64,000 nucleotides of DNA from an uncultured Candidatus Saccharibacteria bacterium (GCA_964592525.1 CAZQFB010000001.1:65419-129418); one strand, 5' to 3'; counted from the stretch's first letter, positions 18,537-28,069 are shown. Translations and numbers: made by a program. The notes: generated from the letters alone by a model not told the origin.

Positions 18537-20776
18537 CTCTTATTTTTTTCGGTATTGTTATGTCGAGTTAGAAAATAATTAAGACTGGGAAAGATAATTC
18601 CCATCATAACTAAAGCAACGCCAAGATAAGTTAATAATTTTGAGTAGGCAGTTATACCAGTGGCTGGCAAGCTAATAATTACTCCACCGGAGGCTTCGGT
18701 GGCTTCTTTTTGCACAATGGGTACAGTCACTACTGGTGTTTTGAGAGCTGGGGTTTGGGTGATTGTGTTTTCTGGTACTGTCGTTGGGCTCACTGGTGTG
18801 GTGGTGAGGGCTGCGGCTTCAACTTCTGTTTCTGCTGCTGTTTGCGATGCGGCTTCGGCAAAAACCCCATAGGTCGAAAATTTAGTAGTCGTACAGGTGA
18901 CTTGGTGCGCGGTGGTATCCACTTGGCAATTACTTAATTCTTCCCAATAATCTCCATTCCAGCGGTGAATTTTAAGGGACTCTTCGGCTAAACTGGGATT
19001 TAGATCTAGTGGGTTATAGCTCACGGTTATCGCGATTGGTTTTTGGAAAGAAGTGATAGTTGTATTTTCATCTACCAAAGCATCTAGTTCGTAAAAGTTG
19101 CTGCCAACGGCTGTTTTATTAGTTGGTGTACTAGTGCTGTCTATAACAGCTTGTTCTTCAAGTTTCTTAATTTGCATTATGGTATCGGTTTCATGATAGT
19201 CGGTGGGGGCTTCAATCTTAATACTTTCCCCTCCTTCAGTCAGAGAAACCGCACCACCATAACTAGCATTTATCTCGCTACTAGTTTCGGTTAAGGCTTT
19301 AGAATCGCCGATGCATCCGGTGGTAGTAAACATGAAATTACCACTCAATGATTGCTCGTTGTCAACTTTGGACAAGGTTTGGAAGTTATAGGTGGTGCAA
19401 TTAGTAAGACCTTCAAGTGTGACGGTGTGTTCTGTCACAGGAGTATCTAAATCTTTAACTGGGGTTTGGTTAGAATAGGCGCTAGCGATGCCATATTCCA
19501 CTTGAGAGGAGGCTTCTTTATCAGTAGACCAGAGAATGGTAGCTGAATCTTCGGTGATATTTACAGTGGAGACACTCGTAGTATTAAAGTCTTGCACCAA
19601 GCATTCGGCATTAGGGCTGACCGTACCGTTGATAGCTAAACATTCACTAGTAGTAGTTGTACCGAGAATGGTAGTAATGGTAATTTTATCTGTTTTGGCT
19701 GAAGGTGGTACTTCGGCTTCGATTAAAACGTTACTCCAAGTATAAAAGGTGGCGATTGGGGTTTCTCCAATAGTAACAGTGCTTGTTTCTTGAGAAGTAC
19801 CGAAATTGGTACCAATAATTGTCACCGGTGCTTCAGTGGAAATGTTTTTGGGGTGAAAAGATTCAATTTTAGGGCCTAAGTCCCCACTTTCTGGCGCTAC
19901 TATCTCAAACAATTCTGTACTGATTGCAGAACCGTTAGCAGTGTTGACTTGGATTTTTCCAGTGCTGGCGTCTGCTGGTACTAAGACCGTGATGTTGCTA
20001 TTACTCCAGCCTTTAATATCACTTTTGGCGGTTTGTATTTCTCCAAAGGCGATAGTGGCTTCTTTTTGATCTTCCCCAAAGTTTTCACCGGTGATAATGA
20101 CGGTGTTACCTGTGCTACCTCTGGTTGGGTACACGGAACTTATCTTTGGGCTGTTAGTCGTACTCTGACCAGAGATAGTGATGGTAGCATCATTTGGAAT
20201 AAGTAAGATATCTTCACCAGAATCAGTAGTTATCTTAGTGTTTTGAGGGTCAAAGTATAAAGGTGTTTTTTCGGTGGGATTAAGAGCCAGAAACTTAATT
20301 GAGCCGAAAATGGTATCGTCGTTAGCTATGAAGGGTTTGGTACTGTCTGGAGTGACGCCATCTAATCTAATAATAACTTGGTGCTGATTAGTGCCTGGGG
20401 TGATATTGTCAGAGGTATCATTAGTAACATAATTAAGTTCACTAATATTACCAGGTTTGACTTGGACGAGGTCAGCCTTGGTGCCTTGCGAATCAACAAC
20501 TTCAAAAGGAGCAGTATCTGATTCATAGGCGTAAAGAAGGCGTGTTTGAACGATACTGGTAGGGATGCCTCTGGTATTAATCTTGATAGCCACTTCAAAC
20601 TCTTCTCCCACTTCGGCATTAATTACTTGGGGATCTAAGGTGATTGAGGCTATTTGACCCCCATTGCTGGGTGCTGCTGCTCTGTTAATATACCCTGTTT
20701 TTTGGAGCAGAAAAAACACTGTTATTGGTAATGCTATCAGCACTAAGGCAGAAATAATTAACCCAATTCGTCGCAT
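18533..20776 (-). CDS. Multidomain cell-surface protein (cohesin-like, 2x IPT/TIG, FN3, ZU5-like) with an LPXTG sorting signal
   Basis: N-terminal TM/signal; VGEEFEVAIKIN; PKISSVYP..ITGENFG and PKIESFHP..IGTNFG; ATILWSTD..VEYG; Thr/Pro linker; LPATG + hydrophobic segment + basic tail. Confidence 0.82.
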   Translation of the reverse strand: MRRIGLIISALVLIALPITVFFLLQKTGYINRAAAPSNGGQIASITLDPQVINAEVGEEFEVAIKINTRGIPTSIVQTRLLYAYESDTAPFEVVDSQGTKADLVQVKPGNISELNYVTNDTSDNITPGTNQHQVIIRLDGVTPDSTKPFIANDDTIFGSIKFLALNPTEKTPLYFDPQNTKITTDSGEDILLIPNDATITISGQSTTNSPKISSVYPTRGSTGNTVIITGENFGEDQKEATIAFGEIQTAKSDIKGWSNSNITVLVPADASTGKIQVNTANGSAISTELFEIVAPESGDLGPKIESFHPKNISTEAPVTIIGTNFGTSQETSTVTIGETPIATFYTWSNVLIEAEVPPSAKTDKITITTILGTTTTSECLAINGTVSPNAECLVQDFNTTSVSTVNITEDSATILWSTDKEASSQVEYGIASAYSNQTPVKDLDTPVTEHTVTLEGLTNCTTYNFQTLSKVDNEQSLSGNFMFTTTGCIGDSKALTETSSEINASYGGAVSLTEGGESIKIEAPTDYHETDTIMQIKKLEEQAVIDSTSTPTNKTAVGSNFYELDALVDENTTITSFQKPIAITVSYNPLDLNPSLAEESLKIHRWNGDYWEELSNCQVDTTAHQVTCTTTKFSTYGVFAEAASQTAAETEVEAAALTTTPVSPTTVPENTITQTPALKTPVVTVPIVQKEATEASGGVIISLPATGITAYSKLLTYLGVALVMMGIIFPSLNYFLTRHNNTEKNKR

Positions 20777-20849
20777 ACTCTTGGTTTATCCAGTACTAGT
20801 TTTTCTTAATAAAATACTGCCTTGAGTTTAGCATAAATAGTGGTTGGAA

Positions 20850-21038
20850 TTAATTATTGTTAAGGCGTTTTAATTGCTTTAGATATTCTAAATCTAAGGT
20901 GGGTTCTATGGGCTGGGCTAGGTCTAGTATTTCTTGGGAAACATAGATTGAACTGCTGCTGTGGTAAATTTCAAACACTACCCAAGCTATTACGGTAATA
21001 AAAGTGACTATTAGAATGGCAATTAGGTCTTTACTCAT
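20850..21038 (-). CDS. Small single-TM protein downstream of pilO
   Basis: MSKDLIAILIVTFITVIAWVVFEIY..PIEPTLD; 7 nt from the pilO stop. Confidence 0.65.
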   Translation of the reverse strand: MSKDLIAILIVTFITVIAWVVFEIYHSSSSIYVSQEILDLAQPIEPTLDLEYLKQLKRLNNN

Positions 21039-21045
21039 TAAGTTA

Positions 21046-21645
21046 TTATGGTGCTGCTTGCAGACTATAAATCTCAAAGGTAAGATGACCTTTAAGCTTT
21101 TCTTGCTGTTTATAATCTCTACTGGTCAAGTTAATATTGGTGAGATGGATCTTTCTTAGGTTAGTTTCCGTTAAGCTAATAAAATCCAAAAAGTCTTGGT
21201 AAGTGCCGGAATAATCTGTTTCGATAGAGGTTGTTACCACAGTGTTGTCGCTTTCAGTTTTTTGATTATGAATCGTTAAATTACTTAAGCTTAGGTTCGT
21301 TTTTACTGCTAAGGTAGTGACAGTGTTTAATATTTCTGGGATTTCTGGTTCGTCTGGGAGGGCTATGTCTAGAAGATAAAGATCGTTTTTAGCCAGTTTA
21401 TATTGGGTTTGAATGAGGGCTAAATTATCCATTTTAGTGTTTAATTGGGCGTCTATTTTGATCAAATCTGCCATTTCCTTTCTTAAGCTTACTATGGTAG
21501 CTAAAGCAGGTCTAATCGCAAAGGCGCCAAATACAATCAAGGCAATTAAAGTCATACCCGCTAGCGTGTAAGCTTTCTTTTGGGGATCCCGTAAATAAGG
21601 CATCACCCCCTTTTGATAATAGAATTGTAAATCCATCGTCATCAT
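21046..21645 (-). CDS. pilO: Type IV pilus alignment protein PilO-like
   Basis: TM, coiled coil, ALPDEPEIP, SGTYQDFLDFI..E..LR. Confidence 0.8.
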   Translation of the reverse strand: MMTMDLQFYYQKGVMPYLRDPQKKAYTLAGMTLIALIVFGAFAIRPALATIVSLRKEMADLIKIDAQLNTKMDNLALIQTQYKLAKNDLYLLDIALPDEPEIPEILNTVTTLAVKTNLSLSNLTIHNQKTESDNTVVTTSIETDYSGTYQDFLDFISLTETNLRKIHLTNINLTSRDYKQQEKLKGHLTFEIYSLQAAP

Positions 21646-22202
21646 GGTGTGTAATATCCCTGCTCAATTTTAATGGTAATAAAAAACAAGTAAGAATCAG
21701 TCAGATAATCGTATTGAGTACTAGTCAGTCTTATTTCTTGAACATCTTCACTAGAGATTAAAGAAGAGATTAATAAAGCAAACGAAGCAGCTGTATCAGC
21801 GATAGCGTTGAATTGAATTTGCTGCGGTTGGAGGTTTATTTTAGTGAACCGTACTTCTTGGGGAGACAGGGCGGATAGTTTGTTTAAACCCTGACTAAAA
21901 AAGATTTTTTCTTGCTCTAATTCTTTGAGGAGCTTAATTTTGTTTTGGTATCTGCGGACATTAGTTTCAAATCTTTTGGAGGTGGCTACACTAGCTGCCT
22001 TGTTTTCAATGTTCTCTTGAAGAGTGGTTATTTGGTAATCTAAGTTAAAGCGAGAGAGCCAGACCAATACTGCTACTAGTTCTGTGATAATAATAATCAC
22101 TCTGCCTACACCCACCATCCAAATAAAAACTTTGCGCGAGCGAGAGTGTTCTTCAAACTTTTTAGAGGGAATTAAATTGATTTCTCTATTTGATGTAGGC
22201 AT
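21642..22202 (-). CDS. pilN: Type IV pilus alignment protein PilN-like
   Basis: INLIP PilM-binding motif, TM, coiled coil, PQEVRF ferredoxin-like domain; overlaps pilO. Confidence 0.78.
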   Translation of the reverse strand: MPTSNREINLIPSKKFEEHSRSRKVFIWMVGVGRVIIIITELVAVLVWLSRFNLDYQITTLQENIENKAASVATSKRFETNVRRYQNKIKLLKELEQEKIFFSQGLNKLSALSPQEVRFTKINLQPQQIQFNAIADTAASFALLISSLISSEDVQEIRLTSTQYDYLTDSYLFFITIKIEQGYYTP

Positions 22203-22222
22203 TGAGCAGGCATAACTTGAGT

Positions 22223-22474
22223 TTAAGAATCAAGCTTTTTAGCGAGTCTTGCTTTTAGGCGAGCAGCTTTTTGGGGGTGTAGGACCTTATTTTTAGCTGC
22301 CTTGTCTATTATTTTTTGGAGTCTGGTAAAAACTTGACCTACCCCGTCCTTATTTTTAATAGCTTCTTCGAGCGCACGTTTTTCTTGGTGTAAAGTCTTT
22401 TTCCAGACATAGTTCTGCTGCCTGTGTTTTAGTGCTTGTTTAGCCCTTTTACGAGCTGATTGGATATTTGCCAT
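22223..22474 (-). CDS. rpsT: 30S ribosomal protein S20
   Basis: MANIQSARKR..IDKAAKNKVLHPQKAARLKARL. Confidence 0.95.
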   Translation of the reverse strand: MANIQSARKRAKQALKHRQQNYVWKKTLHQEKRALEEAIKNKDGVGQVFTRLQKIIDKAAKNKVLHPQKAARLKARLAKKLDS

Positions 22475-22533
22475 GCCTGGATACTAGCAATATCTTGTAG
22501 GTAGCGCAAGTGGCATGGTATGCTGAACGCCGT

Positions 22534-24222
22534 ATGGTTAAAGCTTTTTTCCGTAATGGGGCTTCGGTTATTCTGCGTCGTCAATCAACGATTTTATCGG
22601 CTGCCAGTGTATTGATGTTGGCGGCGTTACTTTCGGCTGTACTTGGCTTTGTGCGTTGGAGAATATTATTTACTTATTTCGGTAATTCTTCAGATTTGGG
22701 TATCTTTTTGTTAGCTGATCGTATTCCCAGTTTTATTTTTAATATTATGATTTCTGGTACTTTTGCTTCGGTTTTTATTCCTGTTTTTTCCTCGTGGCGT
22801 AGGCAAAATGAAACAGAAGCTTGGCAAATAGCGAGAACCATGTTTTCTGTAATGATGCTTATTTTTAGCTTTCTTATTTTAGCTCTTTTGATTGGTGCGA
22901 GACCAATTTCCCAACTAATTTCTGTGAACCAATTAAATGAGGAACAGTTGTCGTTGATGGTTAAATTATTAAGGCTAATGCTTTTTGCCCAGTTAGGTTT
23001 GGTAGCTTCAGCTTTTTTTACGGGTTTGTTGCATTCCTTCCAACATTTTATTATCCCCGCCCTAGCGCCTGTTTTTTATTGGGCAAGTTCGATTTTGTTT
23101 ATCATATATTTTGTAGATGAATTGGGTATTGCGGCGGCGGCTTGGGGCATGATTTTGGGCTCTTTACTGCATGTACTGGTCCAAATTCCAATAGCTAAAA
23201 AACTGGGTTTTACGCTAGCCCCTTTGTTTGAAATAAGAAGTTATGGTTTTAGGCAAATTTTAAAATTAATGGGTCCCCGAATGTTAGGTCAAATTGCCCC
23301 TGAAGTAGCAAGGTTGGTGGAAGGGTCTTTAGCGGTTTCAATCACCATTTTTTCTACGGCGCTTCTTACTGCTGCTCAAACTTTATATTACTTTCCTATT
23401 ACTTTGTTTGCGGTGGCTATCGCGCAAGCCGCCTTTCCGTTTCTGGCGGATAAAGCTATGGAGAATGACCTGCAAGATTTTAAGAAAACCTTTATTGCTT
23501 CTTTTCACCAAACCTTATTTTTTATGGTCCCCTTGGTTTTTATTGTGGTAGTTTTGAGACTGCCTGCGGTGAGATTAGTGTTTGGTTCGGATGAGTTTCG
23601 ATGGGAGTCTACGGTCATGACAGGTTACACGTTAGCTTACCTAGCGATTGGTATGTTAGCCCAATCTTTGGTCCATCTGTTAGTTAGAAGTTTCTACGCG
23701 CTTCAGGATACGGTGACCCCCTTGAAAGCTGGGGTGGTAATGTCTCTGGTGCAAGTGGGCTTGGGGTTATATCTAATTACTAAAGAAGGGTTACCTGTTT
23801 GGGGTTTGGCTCTTGCCTATGCTATTGCGGTTAATATTCAAGCTCTAATTTTGTTTAGGGCTTTATATAAAAAAATTGGTGGTTTTGGCTTGAGAGTTTT
23901 TTTCCGACCAGTGGTGAGAATGCTTACGGCTGGTTTTGTAACTGGAGCTTTGACCTATATGGTTTTTAAGATGTTGGACCGTTATTCTTGGGGTCATAAT
24001 CTCTCTTTAGGTCCCATCCAACTCCCCACCACTTTATATAACGTGATTATTGACACTAGTTTTACTATAAATTTAATCTACTTTACCTTTATTGTGGGTT
24101 GTTTTAGCTTAGGGATGTATTTATTGTTGACTTATCTTATGGGCGTGGAAGAGATCAGGGTGATTATGAGAATGATTGGCGAGAGATTAGCCCGTGTTAG
24201 CTTAAAAAGCTCGCAGAGGTAA
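22534..24222 (+). CDS. murJ: Lipid II flippase MurJ/MviN
   Basis: LGFVR, RIPSF, FIPVF, PALAPVFY, RSFYALQDTVTP; many TM segments; start set at ATG 22534. Confidence 0.92.
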   Translation: MVKAFFRNGASVILRRQSTILSAASVLMLAALLSAVLGFVRWRILFTYFGNSSDLGIFLLADRIPSFIFNIMISGTFASVFIPVFSSWRRQNETEAWQIARTMFSVMMLIFSFLILALLIGARPISQLISVNQLNEEQLSLMVKLLRLMLFAQLGLVASAFFTGLLHSFQHFIIPALAPVFYWASSILFIIYFVDELGIAAAAWGMILGSLLHVLVQIPIAKKLGFTLAPLFEIRSYGFRQILKLMGPRMLGQIAPEVARLVEGSLAVSITIFSTALLTAAQTLYYFPITLFAVAIAQAAFPFLADKAMENDLQDFKKTFIASFHQTLFFMVPLVFIVVVLRLPAVRLVFGSDEFRWESTVMTGYTLAYLAIGMLAQSLVHLLVRSFYALQDTVTPLKAGVVMSLVQVGLGLYLITKEGLPVWGLALAYAIAVNIQALILFRALYKKIGGFGLRVFFRPVVRMLTAGFVTGALTYMVFKMLDRYSWGHNLSLGPIQLPTTLYNVIIDTSFTINLIYFTFIVGCFSLGMYLLLTYLMGVEEIRVIMRMIGERLARVSLKSSQR

Positions 24223-24360
24223 CTGGGTCAAATACTAGTTTGACTTATTTCCTGTATTTCTTGCTCTTTAACCACCAAATATATTAGCAAGGTTTATCTT
24301 GTCGCCACAGTTTTATAATTTTTATGTTCTAATTTCTAATTACTGGTATATTTACCTCCG

Positions 24361-26148
24361 ATGAAACAAGAAAATATACGTAACTTCGCTATTATTAGCC
24401 ATATTGATCATGGCAAGTCTACCTTAGCCGACAGGATGTTGGAAATTACGGGTACAGTGGAAAAGCGCAAGATGAAAGAGCGGTTTCTGGATTCACTTGA
24501 GGCAGAGCGAGAGCATGGTGTGACCATTAAAATGCAGGCGGCAAGAATGGAGTATCAGTTTGAAAAAGAGACCTATATTCTTAATTTGATAGATACTCCC
24601 GGTCACGTTGATTTTGGGTATGAAGTCTCTAGGGCTTTAGCTGCTTGTGAAGGCGCCTTGCTTTTGGTGGATGCTAGCCAGGGTATTCAAGCGCAAACGC
24701 TATCCACAGCCTCTAAAGCTATTAGTCAGGGGGTGACCTTAATACCCGTTATTAATAAAATTGATCTGCCCAATGCTGACGTGTTGAGAGTTACAGAACA
24801 ACTTACAGAAGTATTTGGTTTTCACAAGGAAGACATATTAAAGCTTTCGGCTAAGACTGGGGAAGGGGTTCATGATCTATTAACCTTAATTGTAAAAAAA
24901 ATAAAACCACCTTCTGGAGATAGCACCGGTTCTCTTAGAGCTTTGGTTTTTGATACTGTTTACTCTTCTCATAAAGGGGTGATTGCCTATGTCAAAGTAG
25001 TGGATGGTACCCTGAATAAAAGTAACAACATCTTTCTCATGAGGGGTAAAGTTAAAGGTAAACCTTTAGAACTAGGAGTAATTAGGGAAGGCTTTGTGCC
25101 TCAAGAAAAATTAAGTGCTGGGGAGGTGGGGTATATTGCTACTGGTTTTAAAAATATCAATAAATGTCGGGTTGGGGATACGGTAACTTTGAGTGACTTT
25201 CCAGCAACGGTGCCTTTAGCAGGGTATCAGTATATTAAACCGCTAGTTTTTGCGTCTCTTTTTCCTGTGGACAGTGATGATTATGAATCTTTTAGTGATG
25301 CTTTAGAGAAATTGGCTCTAAATGATTCTTCTCTTGAATATCGAAAGGAAAATTCGTCCGCCTTAGGTTTTGGCTATCGGGTAGGTTTTTTGGGTAGTTT
25401 TCATGCGGAAATTATTAAAGAAAGATTAGAAAAGGAATTTTTGTTGGATCTAATCATTACCTACCCTACCGTGTCCTATAACGTTGTTTTAATTGATGGG
25501 TCGGAAATTGCTATTACTTCTCCTGTGGAGTTACCAGAAGTTACAAAGATCAAAGAAGTTAGAGAACCTTGGGTGAGAGTGACTATTATGACTCCTGTTG
25601 ACTACCTTTCAGCTATTACCCAACTAATTTCCAAGTATCGTGGGTTGATGGTTAAGGTTGAGGATGTTAAACGTCAGTTGCTACTTAATTGTGAGATACC
25701 TCTTGCCGAAATTGTGATAAATTTTCATGATGATTTGAAATCACTTTCTGCTGGTTACGCCTCTTTTGATTATGAGCTAATTAATCATCGTCCAGTTGAT
25801 CTGGTGCGGGTGGATATTTTAGTGCACAAAGAGATGGTTCCTCCTTTTTCACGATTAGTTGTGCGCGATCAAGCGGAGAAAGTAGGTCGTAAGGTGGTAG
25901 AGACATTAAAAGTAGTATTGCCCAAACAACAATTTGCTATACCTATTCAGGCGGCTATTGGTGGTAAGGTTTTGGCTCGGGAGACTTTATCCGCTTACCG
26001 CAAAGATGTGACTGCTAAGTTGTATGGTGGTGATAGAACGCGCAAAGACAAATTGTTAAAAAAGCAGGTCCGGGGTAAAAAAAGAATGCGGGAAATGGGT
26101 AATGTGCAAATTCCCAAAGAAGCCTTTTATCAGGTGATGAAGAGCTAA
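24361..26148 (+). CDS. lepA: Translation elongation factor 4 (LepA)
   Basis: HIDHGKSTLADR, DTPGH, NKID, KDVTAKLYGGDRTRKDKLL. Confidence 0.97.
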   Translation: MKQENIRNFAIISHIDHGKSTLADRMLEITGTVEKRKMKERFLDSLEAEREHGVTIKMQAARMEYQFEKETYILNLIDTPGHVDFGYEVSRALAACEGALLLVDASQGIQAQTLSTASKAISQGVTLIPVINKIDLPNADVLRVTEQLTEVFGFHKEDILKLSAKTGEGVHDLLTLIVKKIKPPSGDSTGSLRALVFDTVYSSHKGVIAYVKVVDGTLNKSNNIFLMRGKVKGKPLELGVIREGFVPQEKLSAGEVGYIATGFKNINKCRVGDTVTLSDFPATVPLAGYQYIKPLVFASLFPVDSDDYESFSDALEKLALNDSSLEYRKENSSALGFGYRVGFLGSFHAEIIKERLEKEFLLDLIITYPTVSYNVVLIDGSEIAITSPVELPEVTKIKEVREPWVRVTIMTPVDYLSAITQLISKYRGLMVKVEDVKRQLLLNCEIPLAEIVINFHDDLKSLSAGYASFDYELINHRPVDLVRVDILVHKEMVPPFSRLVVRDQAEKVGRKVVETLKVVLPKQQFAIPIQAAIGGKVLARETLSAYRKDVTAKLYGGDRTRKDKLLKKQVRGKKRMREMGNVQIPKEAFYQVMKS

Positions 26149-26957
26149 GCGATAATTTTAATTGCCAGCTCCTTTATTTGTTCTAGTTTTTTCTCGGGTA
26201 TACTGGTTTGATTAGTTATATCTTTAGGGTTGAGAATGGCAGCATCGCTGCACAAAACTATTCCGGCTTGGACTAATTGTTGTAGGTCTTGTCTGTTAAG
26301 ATTTGCGCATTCGGTTATGGGATGAAGCTTAGCTTGTTCTATTAGTTCTGGTAAACTGTGCCCCTTAGGGTAATCCCAGCTTAGAATACTCATGCCTTTA
26401 CAGAGAGCAAATTGAGTCGCATCGTTGGTTGTTTTAGTGTTGGTGGCTAGGCAAATAGCCGTCAGATTATGTTTATTCTTTAGGTCTTCATACCTGGACC
26501 AAACATACATCATGGTTTTAGCGTCAGTACGAGTACCGGCCTGATTGTGGAATTTAGCTTCAATGATAATTTTTTCGTTTCCTCTGGTAATGATGACATC
26601 AGTTTCGTGGGATATGCACTCTCCGTCTAAAGTGAGGTTAGTTACTGTTTGGTAACCTTGCGTTGCATATAGTTTGGCGATAAATTTTTCAAACGGAAAA
26701 CCTGTTGGACCAAGTGCCATAATGGCGCCTTTAAGTGAATATTTTGCTGCTAATGTTTTGTTATTTTGCTCAAGGAATTGATATAGCTTGGTGTATATTT
26801 CTTTGGTACTTATGCCCGGGTATAAAGATGGTTGTAGATTGTTAAGGGCTTGTTGTTGGAGAGCTGGGGGTATTCCCGCTCGGTGCATGGAATGGATTAA
26901 CTTTTGAGCATCAAAAGTTACCTTTTCACCATTAGCCTTTATTATCTGAATATTCAT
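26145..26957 (-). CDS. ATP-cone + Mrr-like restriction endonuclease domain protein
   Basis: IIKANGEKVTFDAQKL (ATP cone); GFPFEKFI, HETDV, IEAKFHN, TNTK; helical C-terminus. Confidence 0.82.
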   Translation of the reverse strand: MNIQIIKANGEKVTFDAQKLIHSMHRAGIPPALQQQALNNLQPSLYPGISTKEIYTKLYQFLEQNNKTLAAKYSLKGAIMALGPTGFPFEKFIAKLYATQGYQTVTNLTLDGECISHETDVIITRGNEKIIIEAKFHNQAGTRTDAKTMMYVWSRYEDLKNKHNLTAICLATNTKTTNDATQFALCKGMSILSWDYPKGHSLPELIEQAKLHPITECANLNRQDLQQLVQAGIVLCSDAAILNPKDITNQTSIPEKKLEQIKELAIKIIA

Positions 26958-28020
26958 GGGAATAGTGTAACAGAAATTAAGAGTGGGCTAACAGAACTCT
27001 ATACAACTCTAAAATCAGGGAAGATTCCTTCAAAGCATTCAGAGGGGTGTATTTACGAGGATTATAACCTGTAACTTTGTATATGTTTTTAGATATTTAC
27101 CTTGCAAGCATAGTTTTTGAACTCTAAGTAGATTTGAGTTAGTAAAAGACGGTGGACCAGAGGATCATTTTAGGACCGTGTTGTTTGCTTATTTGTGAAG
27201 AAATTAAAAAGGGTGAGCGAGGTGATAGCTATGGATACTAGGTCAAAAAGAAAAGTATAAGGTGGTTTTTTTTGTGACGCTTGTTATTACGAAGGATTCA
27301 GAGCTAGCTTTAACATTAACTTAAAGCCCATAGATAAATTTAAGTTAGTTAAGGTTTAGTTTCTTGCTGAAATTACTACTGGTTTTTAAGCAATCAACAT
27401 TATTCACCACAGCGCTAGTGGTATGTAAATTGAGGTGCTTGAGCTTTTTGTAATGGTTGGTACTCCTGTAATAGATAGAATTATAGTAATGCTTGTAATA
27501 ATTATAATGAATTTATTATTATGACGTTTGTAATTATTGGGTTGTTGGGAGTTCTCTGCGTGTTCGCATAGGTACTGATATATTAATTCAGTTAATTAAT
27601 TAACACGGTAATACAGTCTTTTTGTATCCTGTGATTAACTGTTTTTATTAGTTATTTTAAAAACGCTTATTCTCCCACCTGGCCGGTTTTGGTAGTGTTT
27701 TGAGCCTCCCCGCTTTCACTTATCAGGTTTGATAGTGGTTCTGTTTCTATTTATCCACCTAGCTGTGTTGTCAGTATATTTTGCTTCCATTACTCACCTA
27801 ACCGGTTGGGTTCTGGTTTGTGCTTCTTGATTTTTGTTTTAACATTAAGGCTACAAAGCCATGTTTAACCGAATTAGCTTTTAGTGACTTGCTTTAAACA
27901 ACTTTTTAAAATAATAAGTTTGAGCAGTAGTAATTAAACAAGGCATCCTCTGCGTTTTAAACGCTAGAGCTTCTTTATTTTCTCTTTCTTGCCCCAAAGC
28001 AGTATGCTTGTGAAAAGACC

Positions 28021-28049
28021 TTGACACCCCTTAGCACGTGCAATAGTAT
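28021..28049 (+). promoter_or_regulatory. Sigma70 promoter of the hrcA operon
   Basis: TTGACA-17 nt-TAGTAT. Confidence 0.85.
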
Positions 28050-28057
28050 AGTGCCAA
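28031..28057. promoter_or_regulatory. CIRCE operator (HrcA binding site)
   Basis: TTAGCACGT-N9-TAGTGCCAA versus consensus TTAGCACTC-N9-GAGTGCTAA, 12 nt upstream of hrcA. Confidence 0.85.
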
Positions 28058-28069
28058 ATAGATATTAAT

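Noticed and set aside
26973-28020. oriC in the long intergenic region
   Set aside because: Only two one-mismatch DnaA-box-like sites, no dnaA/dnaN nearby and no clear switch in gene orientation; kept only as an open possibility
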